Positions 25,890 through 37,280 of a stretch of 64,000 nucleotides of DNA are shown piece after piece (within the stretch, counting starts at the first letter, position 1; the number at the start of each line of letters is the position of its first letter). The position numbers and the translations under genes were made by a program. The notes below the pieces were generated by a model. The model was not told the DNA's origin. It searched no databases and saw only the letters and a list, made by a program, of their open reading frames with translations. This DNA comes from Anthoceros angustus (lineage: Eukaryota; Plantae; Anthocerotophyta), in assembly GCA_010909165.1 (NCBI GenBank), contig VJWM01000240.1:1-64000 (forward strand), given 5' to 3'.

Positions 25890-27180
25890 GCGGTTTTACA
25901 GCGGGTGTTACTGGTGGCGTTGTAAGCAGGCGCAACAACGCCGTTGTAAACGAGCTTCATGGCGTTGTAAAATTGCGACATGGCGGTTCGATGCCATGTC
26001 ATTAAAGTGGTGATGTGGCGCCACATCGCCGCCACATCACCAAGTGATGACATGGCATGTTGTTGCCACATGGCCTTCATTGCCACATCATCGGTGATGA
26101 CATGGCATAATTTGATGACATGGCCCTCATTGCCACATCACCATGTGATGACGTGGTGCCATTTACAAAACCATTTACAACATCCCAATTGCAAAAGGAA
26201 TTACAACATCTAAGTTTGAGGCGTCTGTGTGGGTACAACGCGCTTTACAACGACTGTTTACAAAACCATTTACAACATCCCAATTGCAAAAGGAATTACA
26301 ACATCTAAGTTTGAGACGTCTCGGTGTGGGTACAACGCGCTTTACAACGACACAAAACCATCTACAACATCCCAATTGCAAAGCAATTACAACATCTAAG
26401 TTTGAGGCGTCTCTGTGGGTACAACGCGCTTTACAACTGTTTACAAAACCATCTACAACATCCCAATTGCAAAAGCAATTACAACATCTAAGTTTGAGAC
26501 GTCTCGGTGTGGGTACAAGCGCTTTACAACGACTTTTACAAAACCATCTACAACATCCCAATTGCAAGCAATTACAACATCTAAGTTTGAGACGTCTCGG
26601 TGCGGGTACAACGCTTTACAACGACTGTTTACAAAACCATCTACAACATCCCAATTGCAAAGCAATTACAACATCTAAGTTTGAGGCGTCTCGGTGTGGG
26701 TACAACGCTTTACGACTGTTTACAAAACCATCTACAACATCCCAATTGCAAAGCAATTACAACATCTAAGTTTGAGACGTCTCGGTGTGGGTACAACGCT
26801 TTACAAGCGCTTTACAAAACCATCTACAACATCCCAATTGCAAAAGCAATTACAACATCTAAGTTTGACGTCTCGGTGGGTACAACGCTTTACAACGACT
26901 GTTTACAAAACCATCTACAACATCCCAATTGCAAAGCAATTACAACATCTAAGTTTGAGACGTCTCGTGGGTACAACGCTTTACAACGACTGTTTACAAA
27001 ACCATCTACAACATCCCAATTGCAAAGCAATTACAACATTTAAATTACAACGCCTTTTAAGTATTATATATATATAAAGACTTTAAACAAAAATACATAT
27101 TATTAATAACACAAATATCTATTTTCAGCTTCTTTAAATGGGGCATATTTACAACAAGTGTTTTACAACGTCCTTTGTTG
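25890..27180. repeat. Left CACTA subterminal repeats, including ~10 tandem ~90-97-bp units (26160-27050)
   Basis: Unit tttacaaaaccatctacaacatcccaattgcaaagcaattacaacatctaagtttgagacgtctcggtgtgggtacaacgc. Inverted gttgtaa motifs at 25915-25975. Confidence 0.9.
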
Positions 27181-27339
27181 TAAATTTTGTATCTTGCACC
27201 TTGTTGTGCATTAGTGGGACACACGAGAAATGGAATGCTACTACCAAATGCAAGCGATTCTAAACCCCAAAATGAACAGATCCTCACACAAATCCACACA
27301 TTCAACTCACACAAACTCACAACGGCCCACACTAAACCC

Positions 27340-27706
27340 ACCAGGCTCTCACATAATCAGCTCACAGGCTCTCACGCTCATAGGCTCGCTCACGCTCACA
27401 AGCTCTCGCTCCCCTCACAAGCTCTCGCGCTCACAGCCTCACAGCTCTCACAAGCTCTCACAGCCTCACAGCTCGCTCTCACAAGCTCACAAGCTATCGC
27501 TCTCGCTCTCACAAGCTCAGGCTCCACAGGCTCACAGCTCAGTTCACAGCTCACGACTCTCCCTCTCACGGTTCACAGGCTCACGACTCTCCCTCTCACA
27601 GGCTCAATTTTCAAGGCTCAGCTCCGGCTCACAAGCTCTCACAGTGCTCATAGGCTCTCCTGCCACAAGGCTCGCACTCTTGCAGGCTCACAAACTCACA
27701 CACACA

Positions 27707-27742
<36 letters not shown>

Positions 27743-27880
27743 TAAACACACAAACATAGAAGCCATTCCCGGACACACAGACTCCCACAAACAAACATGG
27801 GGCCATTCCCCAGACACACACACACTCACAAACATTGGGGCCATTCCCCAGACACACACAAAGGGACATTCCCACAAAAG
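27340..27880. repeat. CTCACA low-complexity tract, (CA)n microsatellite (~27695-27740) and short ggggccattccc repeats
   Basis: Directly visible in the sequence. Confidence 0.9.
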
Positions 27881-27949
27881 CGATGTATCAATTTCTAAGA
27901 GTTTCTAAGGAGCAACTAAAAGAAAGCACCAAACTAGAATTCCTCGCTC

Positions 27950-29200
27950 CTTGATCTCTTCAAATTGGACTTGTTGAAGCCTCATTTCCCTTCCTCTTCA
28001 TGCTCTTCACCCTTGATGACTTGAGCTCTTTGGCGTAGTCGAGACCTAGCTTCACAAGGCGTTGAGCTTCAAGTTCTCGTCGATTCGATGAGAGGCCATG
28101 AGATTGAAAAACTTTTCCCACGCATTTAGAGAGGGATACCTCAACCTCTTCAAATTCTTCCACCTCTTCCATGAGATGGAGTGGTTCAACTTCAACAAGT
28201 ACTTCATCGTGGCTTCGTTCCACAAGTCGACCACACTTGGGAGGTTAAGGCTTCCCACCCGAGGCGGAGGCCACACCCGATTCTGCAAGAATCGAATATG
28301 TTACCAAGAAGCCGGTGTTACAACAAGCAGACTTGAAAGATCTTCTATAAGAACTACGAGGAGAAAGATCCTCACTTAACCCGGGCTTCAATCTAGGCAC
28401 CAAATTGTCCAAAACCAGCCGTCATCATCCACTTGCTTGCGCTCCAATGCGGTATTCGGCTCCTATGGCAAATCCAAAAAGCGAGTTAAAATAGGACAAT
28501 CAAAACTTGCAAAGACATCAAATCAAAATCTTACCATCCAAATCATCATCTTTGTAACCAGCATCCTTGAGGTCCGCCACAATTGTTTGGCACCTATTCT
28601 CGGGGTTGGAGCCAAACGCTCCGGATGAGGAAGATTGGCAGTCAATATGTTTCAAGTTTTATTATCCAATTTCCGCCTTCTTGCCACCTCTCTCTTGCTC
28701 CGTGGGGCGTCTACCAAAGAGTTGGTAAAACCGATTTGTAAACTTCACAAACCCACCATTACCAAAGTGGGCATACGGTGGGCATCCGAGTTCAACTTCC
28801 TCAACATTGCTATGCGTTTTGTGCGACATCTCCATCCGGCCTTGGCTTTTCATTCTCCACAATGCGATCCCAGTCGGTCCGAGATATCACGAGGCTTATA
28901 CTTAGGTGGATGATTACCCTCAAGAAATTGTCTTGCGCATCTTGCAAGATTGTTCTTCCAATTGCGCAACATGGTGTTGAACATTTGGTCACACACATGA
29001 GCCATGCTCCAAATCCCACCAACATCTCTTGAATGGCTGCCTCCACAATTGCTTGTGTCTCTAGTTTCTCTCCCGGTTGCCAATCAATGGATCCATGAAG
29101 TGCCGCATTACCCACCTCAGCGAAATTGGAGCACTTCATAAGCGTATGAATCTTCTTTAATCCAACGACACATGAGAAGGAAAACATCGAATATGCTTGT
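27950..29200 (-). pseudogene. Fragmented accessory ORF of the CACTA (possible TnpA/ORF2-like)
   Basis: Collinear minus-strand fragments: SRTDWDRIVENEKPR, GCPPYAHFGNGGFVKFTNRFYQLFGRRPT, WPPPRVG...VVDLWNE and an E-rich C-terminus. The TnpA-like label is inferred from context only. Confidence 0.45.
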
Positions 29201-29299
29201 ACATGCTGCGGGCATGTGGCTGTAAGTGGCATGTATAGGCCACATGCTTGTCTGAGCACATGCCTGCATGTGGCATGTACATCCTTGTAGAGTTAGCAG

Positions 29300-29830
29300 C
29301 CACACACACTGCATGTTTAGCTTGATGACCAAGAGAAACACACACTGTTTAGGCTTGAGAGACCAAAGGAGAAACATGGGCGATCAAGGCCACACAGCCA
29401 GCTTTAGGCTTGCGAGACCAAAAAGACAAACATGGGCGATCAAGGCCACACACTGCATGTTTAGGCTTGAGACCAAAAAGAAACATGGGCGATCAGGCCA
29501 CACACCGCATGTTTAGGCTTGAGAGACCAAAAAGACAGGCGATCAAGGCCACACACACTGCTTAGGCTTGAGAGACCAAAAAACACAGGCGATCAAGGCC
29601 ACACACTGCATGTTTAGCTTGAGACCAAAAAGAAACAGGCGATCGTGATCAAGGCCACACACATGTTTAGGCAGCAGACCAATAGAAAAATCTGGCGATC
29701 AAGGCCACACACTTGTGGCTTTAGGCCAGCGGACCAAAAAGAAACATCAGCATCAAGGCCACACACTTGCCTGTTCGAGCTTGAGAGACCAAAAAGAAAC
29801 ATTGGGCGGTCAAGGCCACACACACACTGG
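29300..29830. repeat. ~50-60-bp tandem repeat, ~9 copies
   Basis: Unit gcgatcaaggccacacac(tg)catgtttaggcttgagagaccaaaaagaaacatgg. Confidence 0.9.
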
Positions 29831-29859
29831 ACAAGCTTATGAAAGTAAAAGCAAGTCGT

Positions 29860-31490
29860 TCAACTAAAACCAAGAAACACGATTCTAGATGAATGTCCAT
29901 TGTGGAATGACGTCGTGCATTTGGGCGATCTCCCTTTAATTCGATTTCTCCTTGGCAATTGCGGCGGATCTCCGTCCTGCCATCTCCCCTCCTCCACAGC
30001 TGGATTTTCCACTTCTTCCGGCTGCTCCATCACTGGCTGCACTTCTTCAAACTGCTGAGAACCAACATTGACGGAAGGGTTAGGAGTAGGAGTGGCTGGA
30101 GGTGGCATGGGAGTACGGACAGCTTCTGGATTGAAGGTCTGGGTAAGTTTTGAGCCAGCAGTGTCACGGACAAGGGAGGAAGCAGGCTTGGCTGCCTTCT
30201 TCGCAGCTATCATCTTTCTCAAAAGGTCCTGCGTGTGCACATAAGCCACTGCTGGTGGCCCTTGTTCTCTCATCCGCGAAGACCTAAGAGGAGGTGGTGG
30301 TGACTTGAGGCAGTCGGTTCGCTTCTCCACGGCGGCGGCGAGCTCTTCCACAGCGCTGCCATGGGATTAGCGGCGCGCGGTACTCCTCCACGGCATCGAG
30401 GCGGCGCTCCTCCTCCAGCATTAGAGGAGGCTGCTCCTCCTCCACGCATCGGGAGGCTGCTCCTCCTCCACGGCATCGGAGGAGGCGCTTGTTCTCCACC
30501 GCCAGGCGGTGGCGCCGCTTTCCTACCACACACAAGTGAGAAAAGAAAAGCCATCGTTTAGAGCTCATTATCATCACCGACCCTAGAGCTCGCAGTAACT
30601 AGTTGAAGGCGGCGATTCAAACACAGTGCGATCATTGCGCTTGGACAAAGCCGTTGATGCACAACTCACATTTCGAGGTGACGGCGCCAGCTTGACTTCG
30701 CTCCTTTGAGACGCCCTCCCGCTTCTTTGCCTTCACGGTGGCCCATTTTTTCACGCTAGGCTTGTCGACAAGCGGAAGCGCTCCTTGGCTTGCGCTGTCT
30801 ACTAAACCCAACCACCGAGCCGTTAGAGGCGGATCCTTCCACCACGGCATCCATGCTGCGTCCCCACCACTAATCTTTGTGGCCAAAGTCTTGTTTCCTT
30901 ATCGCGTTACGCATGACAATGCAAACCCAACCGCTTGCACGCGTGTGCGCACCATCTACATTGCAAGGTGGTTGGGGTTAGTAGAAAGGCGCTTAGCAAC
31001 CTTTGCCCATGAAAGTGCGTGCCTAAAAAGCACCAAGCATAAGAGATTGGGGATGCACACAAACCTTCTTGATCCAAGGAATTCAATTTCGTAAGCCCTA
31101 ATTGTGTTGTAGGTCGAATTTGCGGTCACTAACTAAACACGAGCTTGTGTGTCACTAACTAAACACCATGTGCCGTTGTTAGAGCTTGTGTGCGAGCAAT
31201 ACACAACGTGTCTGATGCCGCGACCAAGATCTCGGCGTGAGAGAGGCGGCCGACTCAACATGTGTGCTGCCACCTTCAAAGTCGAGCAATCTCTCTCAAG
31301 CAATCCTTGGAAGCTGCCCCCAAAGCCAAGTCGACAATCTTAAGCAAACAAGGTGCAGGGCCTTGTGTCTGGATGGACGTCAAATTCCTCGTGCTTCTTC
31401 TTCCGCTTTACAAAGCCTTCCGCACTTCTCATGGCCTTCCGCTTCTAAAATGTGCGAGGCATGGTTGGCTTCCGCTTCTCTCAACACATA
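29860..31490 (-). pseudogene. Fragmented orphan ORF(s) in the CACTA: Cys-containing domain (30580-31490) followed by a Pro/Glu-rich low-complexity region
   Basis: Fragments LQCRWCAHACKRLGLHC, WMPWWKDPPLTARWLGLVDSASQGALPLVD, KCELCINGFVQ and ORF 29860..30351. No family recognised. Confidence 0.4.
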
Positions 31491-31519
31491 GACTCTCAAT
31501 TATAATACACACTCTCATC

Positions 31520-31810
31520 ACACACCCCGATGGCGGTGCATGGCCTCAATTACACTACATCAGCTCCCCACGTCACACATCCCGATGGCAAGCCCGGCTC
31601 TCACACACCCGCTGGCCCCATGGCCCTCAATTACACTAGCTACACAAGCTCCCCACCTCACATACCCCGATGGCGGGGCCGCATGGCCTCAATTACACTA
31701 GCTACACAAGCTCCCCACCTCACATACCCCGATGGCAAGCCGCATGGCCCTCAAGTACACTAGCACAAGCTCCCCACGTCACACCCCGATGGCAAGCTTC
31801 TCACACACCC
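31520..31810. repeat. ~60-bp tandem repeat, ~4-5 copies
   Basis: Unit cccgatggc...catggcctcaattacactagctacacaagctccccacctcacata. Confidence 0.85.
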
Positions 31811-32399
31811 AGGGCAATCGACATACAGGCTCTCAACACATACGTGCAGTATGTAAACATCTACTTACTGAGACATGAACCCGCCTTTATATCGATTTGT
31901 GTGCAAGCATGTTCCTTGGACAAGATCTTGCATGCATTGCACCCTCACACCATGTGCACTGCGTCACCTACCTCGTGCACTGCAGTGCTGGTGAGTTTGT
32001 AAACGACTTTGAAACTACTATTTGCAACGCGCTCCGTTGTTAAGTCGGAAACGATTACCATTTACAACACACTCCGTTGTAAAATTAGAAACTATTACTA
32101 TTTACAACGTTCAGTTCACTTTTACGTTCTAAAATCTCTAGTAGGTAAAAGTGGTACACATATGGAACTGCACAAAAGGAAACTAAGAGACCCCTCTCTT
32201 CTACCGTGCGGCTCGGCTCTTCTGTTTCTCGAAGAAAGGTCGGCCACGGGGCGCTTAGGATCCAGTGTCATGCGCACAAACTGATCCCCTACATTCTTGT
32301 GTACATACGTATCTGATTCACCTTAGTTCATGGTAGGCAAAGAAAGATGCTCACCTCACTGGTGCCCAAGGTGGATCGAAATGGCTATGGAAATTTGTG

Positions 32400-34600
32400 C
32401 ATGTTCACCGAGGGGTGGTGCTTTTTGAACATATGGTTGGAAAGAGGAGGTCATCACGGTAATTGTGGTGTTGAGAACATTGCGTCGATTTTCTTGTAAT
32501 TAGAAATTCATAATAACAAAAACGCCAAAATGGGGCAAAAGGCGGCCTTACAGGGTTAAGCATGCTCGGCTCCACTGCAGCCTGCTTGCAAAAGTTCTCG
32601 GCTTCTTCCGTGGCGAACACTTCGAGGCTTAGTTGAGAAAACTAGATTGCAAACTAGCCGGTGGAGTGGAGCCGATTGGCCGTAACGCAGAATCACGCCT
32701 CGAGAACCAAGTAATAAACTTGGGTGAGGTTTAGCGCTGGGCACTGCAGTACACATACTCCGTGATGCTCGCACGTATTCACATCCCATCGTAACAATCC
32801 CTTCATAATCACCGCAATGCGACTTTATGTACTTGTTCCAACTCGGACAACTCAATTTGGAGCGGGTAGACATTTCTACCATGGGACAATGCACATCAGC
32901 CATGTCATTGACCACCTTGCAAACTCAAACACTTTTATCCTCCTTGATACTCCAAAGAAGTGGCAAATAGCTCGTCATCCCGATCAAACTCAATCGGACA
33001 CAATATTGGAGGAGTGGAAGAGGTCCCCATGCCGCAACTCTGCAATTACCCGGCGGCGTAACGGGTGAAAGCATATGAGTGATGAGGTTTTGATGGTGAC
33101 CCATGCAAGCCTACAAATAAAGCTTTAATGCTTCTTTCCTTTTGAGGGAAACCATTGGCATGAAAATGGCAAGATATGACAACGGAGTGCTTGAGCACAG
33201 GGCTGCTTAGCGTAGTGTGCTCCTCGGAGATATTTTGATGGCGGATAGAGGGATTGTATGGAGCGTAGCTATGTTGTCCCTTAGGTGCTTTCAAGGCTAT
33301 TGCTTGGGACTCGTGCCCCTTTAATGTGTAAAAGATCCGGTGGGAATGAATAGAATAAGGGCTAATGGGGCAATGCTTCCTCGGCCATCCACTTGAGCCC
33401 GAGTCTTAAAACCTCGATTCGCCCCTCCTTAAACGGTCTTGCTAAAATTTAAGTCTTCTTGGCACTCATCATCATGCCGATTGTTGATGTTGCCGATGCG
33501 AAGAGCTAGGCGGTACCTAATGAGAGTTCAATCCTCGATCGCACACCGACGCATTTCGAGGTTCCATTACACCGCCCACACCACTCTCTCGCGCCGAGAC
33601 AGTTGAAAGACCCACATATGGTTTCTTTGACGCCATGGAGTTTGAGAGTAAGGGGCTCCTTGGGGCTGTCACTTTGTTCCTGTTTCCAGTAACTCGGTCA
33701 CTATACTATAGTTCTATAGCTGATCCGTTCCCAAGTGCGCGGTTATGCGGCTCAAAGTGAGCGCACACACTTGAGCTGATTGTGTTTGTCCGACCCGATT
33801 GTGAACTCGGTTGTGAACTCCGATTGTGTTAAGCGACCCGGCCGTCAAGTGCGTTTTGAGCGATGAGAGCAACTGGCGAGCCGTCGAGAACCATCCGGAG
33901 GTGATGGCGGTAAACACCGGCGCCGGCCGAGGACCTTCCGAGGTGGATCCCTGTCGGGAGGAGATGCGTGATGAAGAGGAGGTGATGCACATGGTGTGCA
34001 AACTTTGACCCTTGTGACAAGGGTTGTGTAACATTGCGTCCGCTTCCTAGCCTTCCTCGGAGAAAGAGAAGGGTCCCACCCTTCCGGATGGAACTCGTCC
34101 TTGTTTTTGGTCACATGCTTCCACGCTGCGCCTTGATCAGGCTATCATCACTTGGTACTACTCTCGATCCGGGGTCTCCAAGGGCTTACTTTTGTGAAGA
34201 AACTACTGGATGACTCGACTTGAGAAATCTGGATCTTGTGCCCAACCTAATCATCTCCTTCTATCGTAAGTGTAAAAGTCTGAGTGATCTTTCTTTGCAT
34301 GATAAATGCTAATAAGGTAGATTTTTGTTGAGGGCTCAAGGTTTTAATCGGCATCACGAATGGAGCACGACGGAGCCACCTTCCGCTTTTGTGAAGACTA
34401 TGCTCCCGATACGGACCGGGGCGGATCCGAGTGATAATGAACTCATCACAAATGTGGTTTCGTAGTCTACCCAAGTCACGCGAGGTTGGCAAAGACGATC
34501 GCCTATCGATGATGTAAAGGCATCGAGCTTTTGATATAAAGTTGCTCACACATTTCACAATCTTGAGTCCCACGCAAATAAGGAAAGGCTTGCGCCTTAA
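32400..34600 (-). pseudogene. Large fragmented orphan ORF (~700 codons span) in the CACTA, His/Cys/aromatic-rich
   Basis: Collinear fragments: DRLCQPRVTWVDYETTF, KNKDEFHPEGWDPSL, KFAHHVHHLLFITH, VVISCHFHA...FVGLHGSP...HSYAF, GDLFHSSNIV, FFGVSR.IKVFE, VVNDMADVHCPMVEMST, YEGIVTMGCEYVRASRSMC, GVILRYG, WRFCYYEFLITRKSTQCS. Confidence 0.55.
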
Positions 34601-34619
34601 GTAAGCTAAGGCTATATCA

Positions 34620-35600
34620 ATAGCACACTACGGTGCTTTACAGAATGCTTTGCAAATTGCCCAAATCAAGCAACGCTAGCTAGCGCTTTGGACCGCACTG
34701 TAAGAGGCTGCTTTGGTTTCAGCGGCATCGGTAAGAGGCCAAGCCGCCTTCCATTGTGCGAGCGAGGGCCTTCTCATAGCAAGGGTCAGCACCATCCGCG
34801 ATGCTAGATAGCTACAAGTCCGTTCTGTGGTCGGTGCTCTTTGCAAAGCGTTTCAGTATTGTCGAGTTGCATGCAATTGCTCATGATTAGAATTGGTACT
34901 GCGAGTGCGTTGCAAATGTTGCTGCGAGTGCGTTGATAAGAGAGGCGTTGCAAATTTCCCAAACCGATTTGCAACGCCTCGTGTTGTAAAGCGCTTTGGA
35001 TTGACCGCCTAACAAGCACCAGTAGAGGCCAAGCCGCCTTCCATTGTGCGTAGCGAGGGCCTTCTCATAGCAAGGGTCAGCACCATCCGCGCGATGCTAG
35101 ATAGCTACAAGTCCGTTGCAGCAGGTCGGTGCTCTTTGCAAAGCGTTTTCAGAGTATTGTCGAAGTTGCATGCAATTGCTCATGATTAGAATTGGCTGCT
35201 GAGTGCGTTGCAAATGTTGCTGCGAGTGCGTTGATAAGAGAGCGTTGCAAATTTCCCAAACCGATTTGCAACGCCTCGTGTGTAAAGCGCTTTGGATTGA
35301 CCGCCTAACAAGCACCATTGTAAGAGGCCTTTCTCTTGTCCCACTAACCATCCACTACATAGCTAGAAGGGCCTTCCATCGTGCGTGGCGAGGGCCTTCT
35401 AGTAGCAAGGGTCAATAAAAACGGTGCACACCTAAATCGACCATCCTGGATGCTAGATAGCTACAAGTCCGCGGTCTATGCTCTTTGTAAAGCGTTTTGA
35501 GTATCGCGTTATCGGTTGCATGGAATTGCTCTAGATTAGAATTGGCTCGATTTATGCGGATTTACGCTCGGTCGGAGGTTGGGCGAGGGGCCGGAGCACT
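34620..35600. repeat. Three degenerate ~300-350-bp tandem units between the divergent orphan and SET genes
   Basis: gatgctagatagctacaagtccg recurs at ~34800, ~35093 and ~35450. Also gagggccttct(c)(a)tagcaagggtca and many ttgcaa motifs. Confidence 0.85.
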
Positions 35601-36249
35601 TCATGAAGGTAGCCTCGCACTTTCCAACGTGCTCGGTGAAGGCAGGCAAGTGTTGTCGAGCTTAAGCTAACCCACGATCATTGTTGAGGGTAGGTCCTTA
35701 TGGATCGCTCGTAGATTTAAGCGCCCAAATATCCAATATATTTTCCAAAATGTTGGTGCAAAGAGTGCAAGGCGAGTTCGTGAGCTAACCAAGTCACGTA
35801 AACATTTGCGCAAGAATGGACCTTACCTCCCACGAATGAAGTCCCGTGGAGAACCGCAAGGAGATGAAGAACGAGGAGGAGAAGGAGGGCGAGGAGGAGA
35901 AGAACAACGAGGAGGAGAAGGAGGACGAGGAGAAGGAGGAGGAGAGAAGGAGGAGAAGAAATAGCGAACAAGGAGAACCACCGTAGCCACAACCGTGAGT
36001 TGCAATCCTTTTCTTCTATGCTAGGAAATAAACTAATGAAGTAATTATGGAGCCCTTTTCTTCTATGCTAGAAAATACAATAATAAAGCAATTATATAAT
36101 ATTATCTATAGAATAATTACGATGTGGCATACTAATTGTGGTAAGTATGTTTCTCTTGTTATATTAAAGGTAGTTTAATTATTCATATGTGTAATTATGG
36201 TTGTTTTTTTATAGTTGGAAGGAGTTTATTTTGTTTGCATGTTATAACA

Positions 36250-36933
36250 AGTACGAGCGTAGGAGTGGACACATGGCTTTGCGGTGTAGGAAAACCTTTG
36301 GATGGAAAGACAGGACCGGACCCTTTATTGCACCTCCTTATCATCCAAAAGAGGGGAAGATCCAAAGTCTCATGATGCTATTGTTTTATACAAGCATCTT
36401 TTGAAAGGCGTGTACCCTAGAGAATGGGGAATGTGGGAGAAGGGACCTATTCCTATTAACAAGTCATTTCTATATTGGGGCGAAGGTGGATAGTGAAGGA
36501 GGCAACAAACCCGCCATGGGGTTGGGTTTATTTTCCATGGAGAAAATCGTAGTGAGAAAAGATAATGTGAATGGAGTTCCTTTGTTTGTGTTTGGGGTCC
36601 AAAGTATACAGGAGAATATAACAAGATAGTGAACTACAACAGTTACCGATTTCCAAGTATGCATTGACTTTCAATAGACTCCGTAAAGATGTTAATGATG
36701 GCCCAATTGAGTACCTCGATGGGCATGTTGCATATGGGAATGTGGCGGGATATATGAATAGTAGTAGTGGAAATATCGCAATCAAGCAAAATTGCATTTG
36801 GGAAGAAAGGTCGGATGGGCATGAGCTACTAAGTGGCGACCATCTTGATTGGATTTGCACTTGGGCGGTGAGGACCATTAATCTTTGGGAAGAGTTGTTT
36901 GTTGATTACAATTGGTATAACCGAACCATTTGA
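36250..36933 (+). CDS. SET-domain (lysine methyltransferase-like) protein, ~220 aa when frameshifts are corrected
   Basis: WIVKEATNP(A)MGLGLFS (motif I GxG, 36516-36533), then PLFVF.G..Y, then YLDGHVAYGNVAGYMNSS (motif III), then ICTWAVRTINLWEELFVDYNW (motif IV EELxxDY) in ORF 36664..36933. Confidence 0.8.
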
Positions 36934-37280
36934 AGCCAAAAGGAAGGCCGTGCGAAGAGTACATAGACACATTAAATTACGCGGATGGAGTGGAAGAAAT
37001 TGAAGGCAAAGTTGATGCACGAGGATGTGGAATAGTTTTTGTTGTAGGATGTAGAAGAGTTGATGTTGAGGGTCTTGTACCTTGTGTATATTGACTATAT
37101 CGCAACAAAACAATTAGTATATCTTGTCGACTTGACTTCTTAACCTTTTAGTTTTGCATGTTGTTCAATATTTCCTTAATAATAGTGGTTATACTAAAGT
37201 TATTAAATTAGAATATAATTTATTCTATATAGTACTACAATATTTTATATACTTATTTGATATTTATTTTGTGCGTGTGA

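Noticed and set aside
26160-27050. CRISPR-like regular array and several repetitive ORFs
   Set aside because: The units are near-identical along their whole length, with no unique spacers and no cas genes. These are CACTA subterminal repeats.
27187-27759. His/Ser/Thr-rich ORFs
   Set aside because: They are translations of CTCACA and (CA)n low-complexity DNA.
32138-32145. CTAGT|AGG after a TTTACAAC block as an alternative right end
   Set aside because: The terminus is incomplete and the downstream sequence does not continue the interrupted transposase. It cannot be fully excluded as the end of a nested unit.
34626-34630. CACTA as the left end of an inner SET-Tnp2 element
   Set aside because: No matching TAGTG with the same 3-bp flank (GCA) was found.
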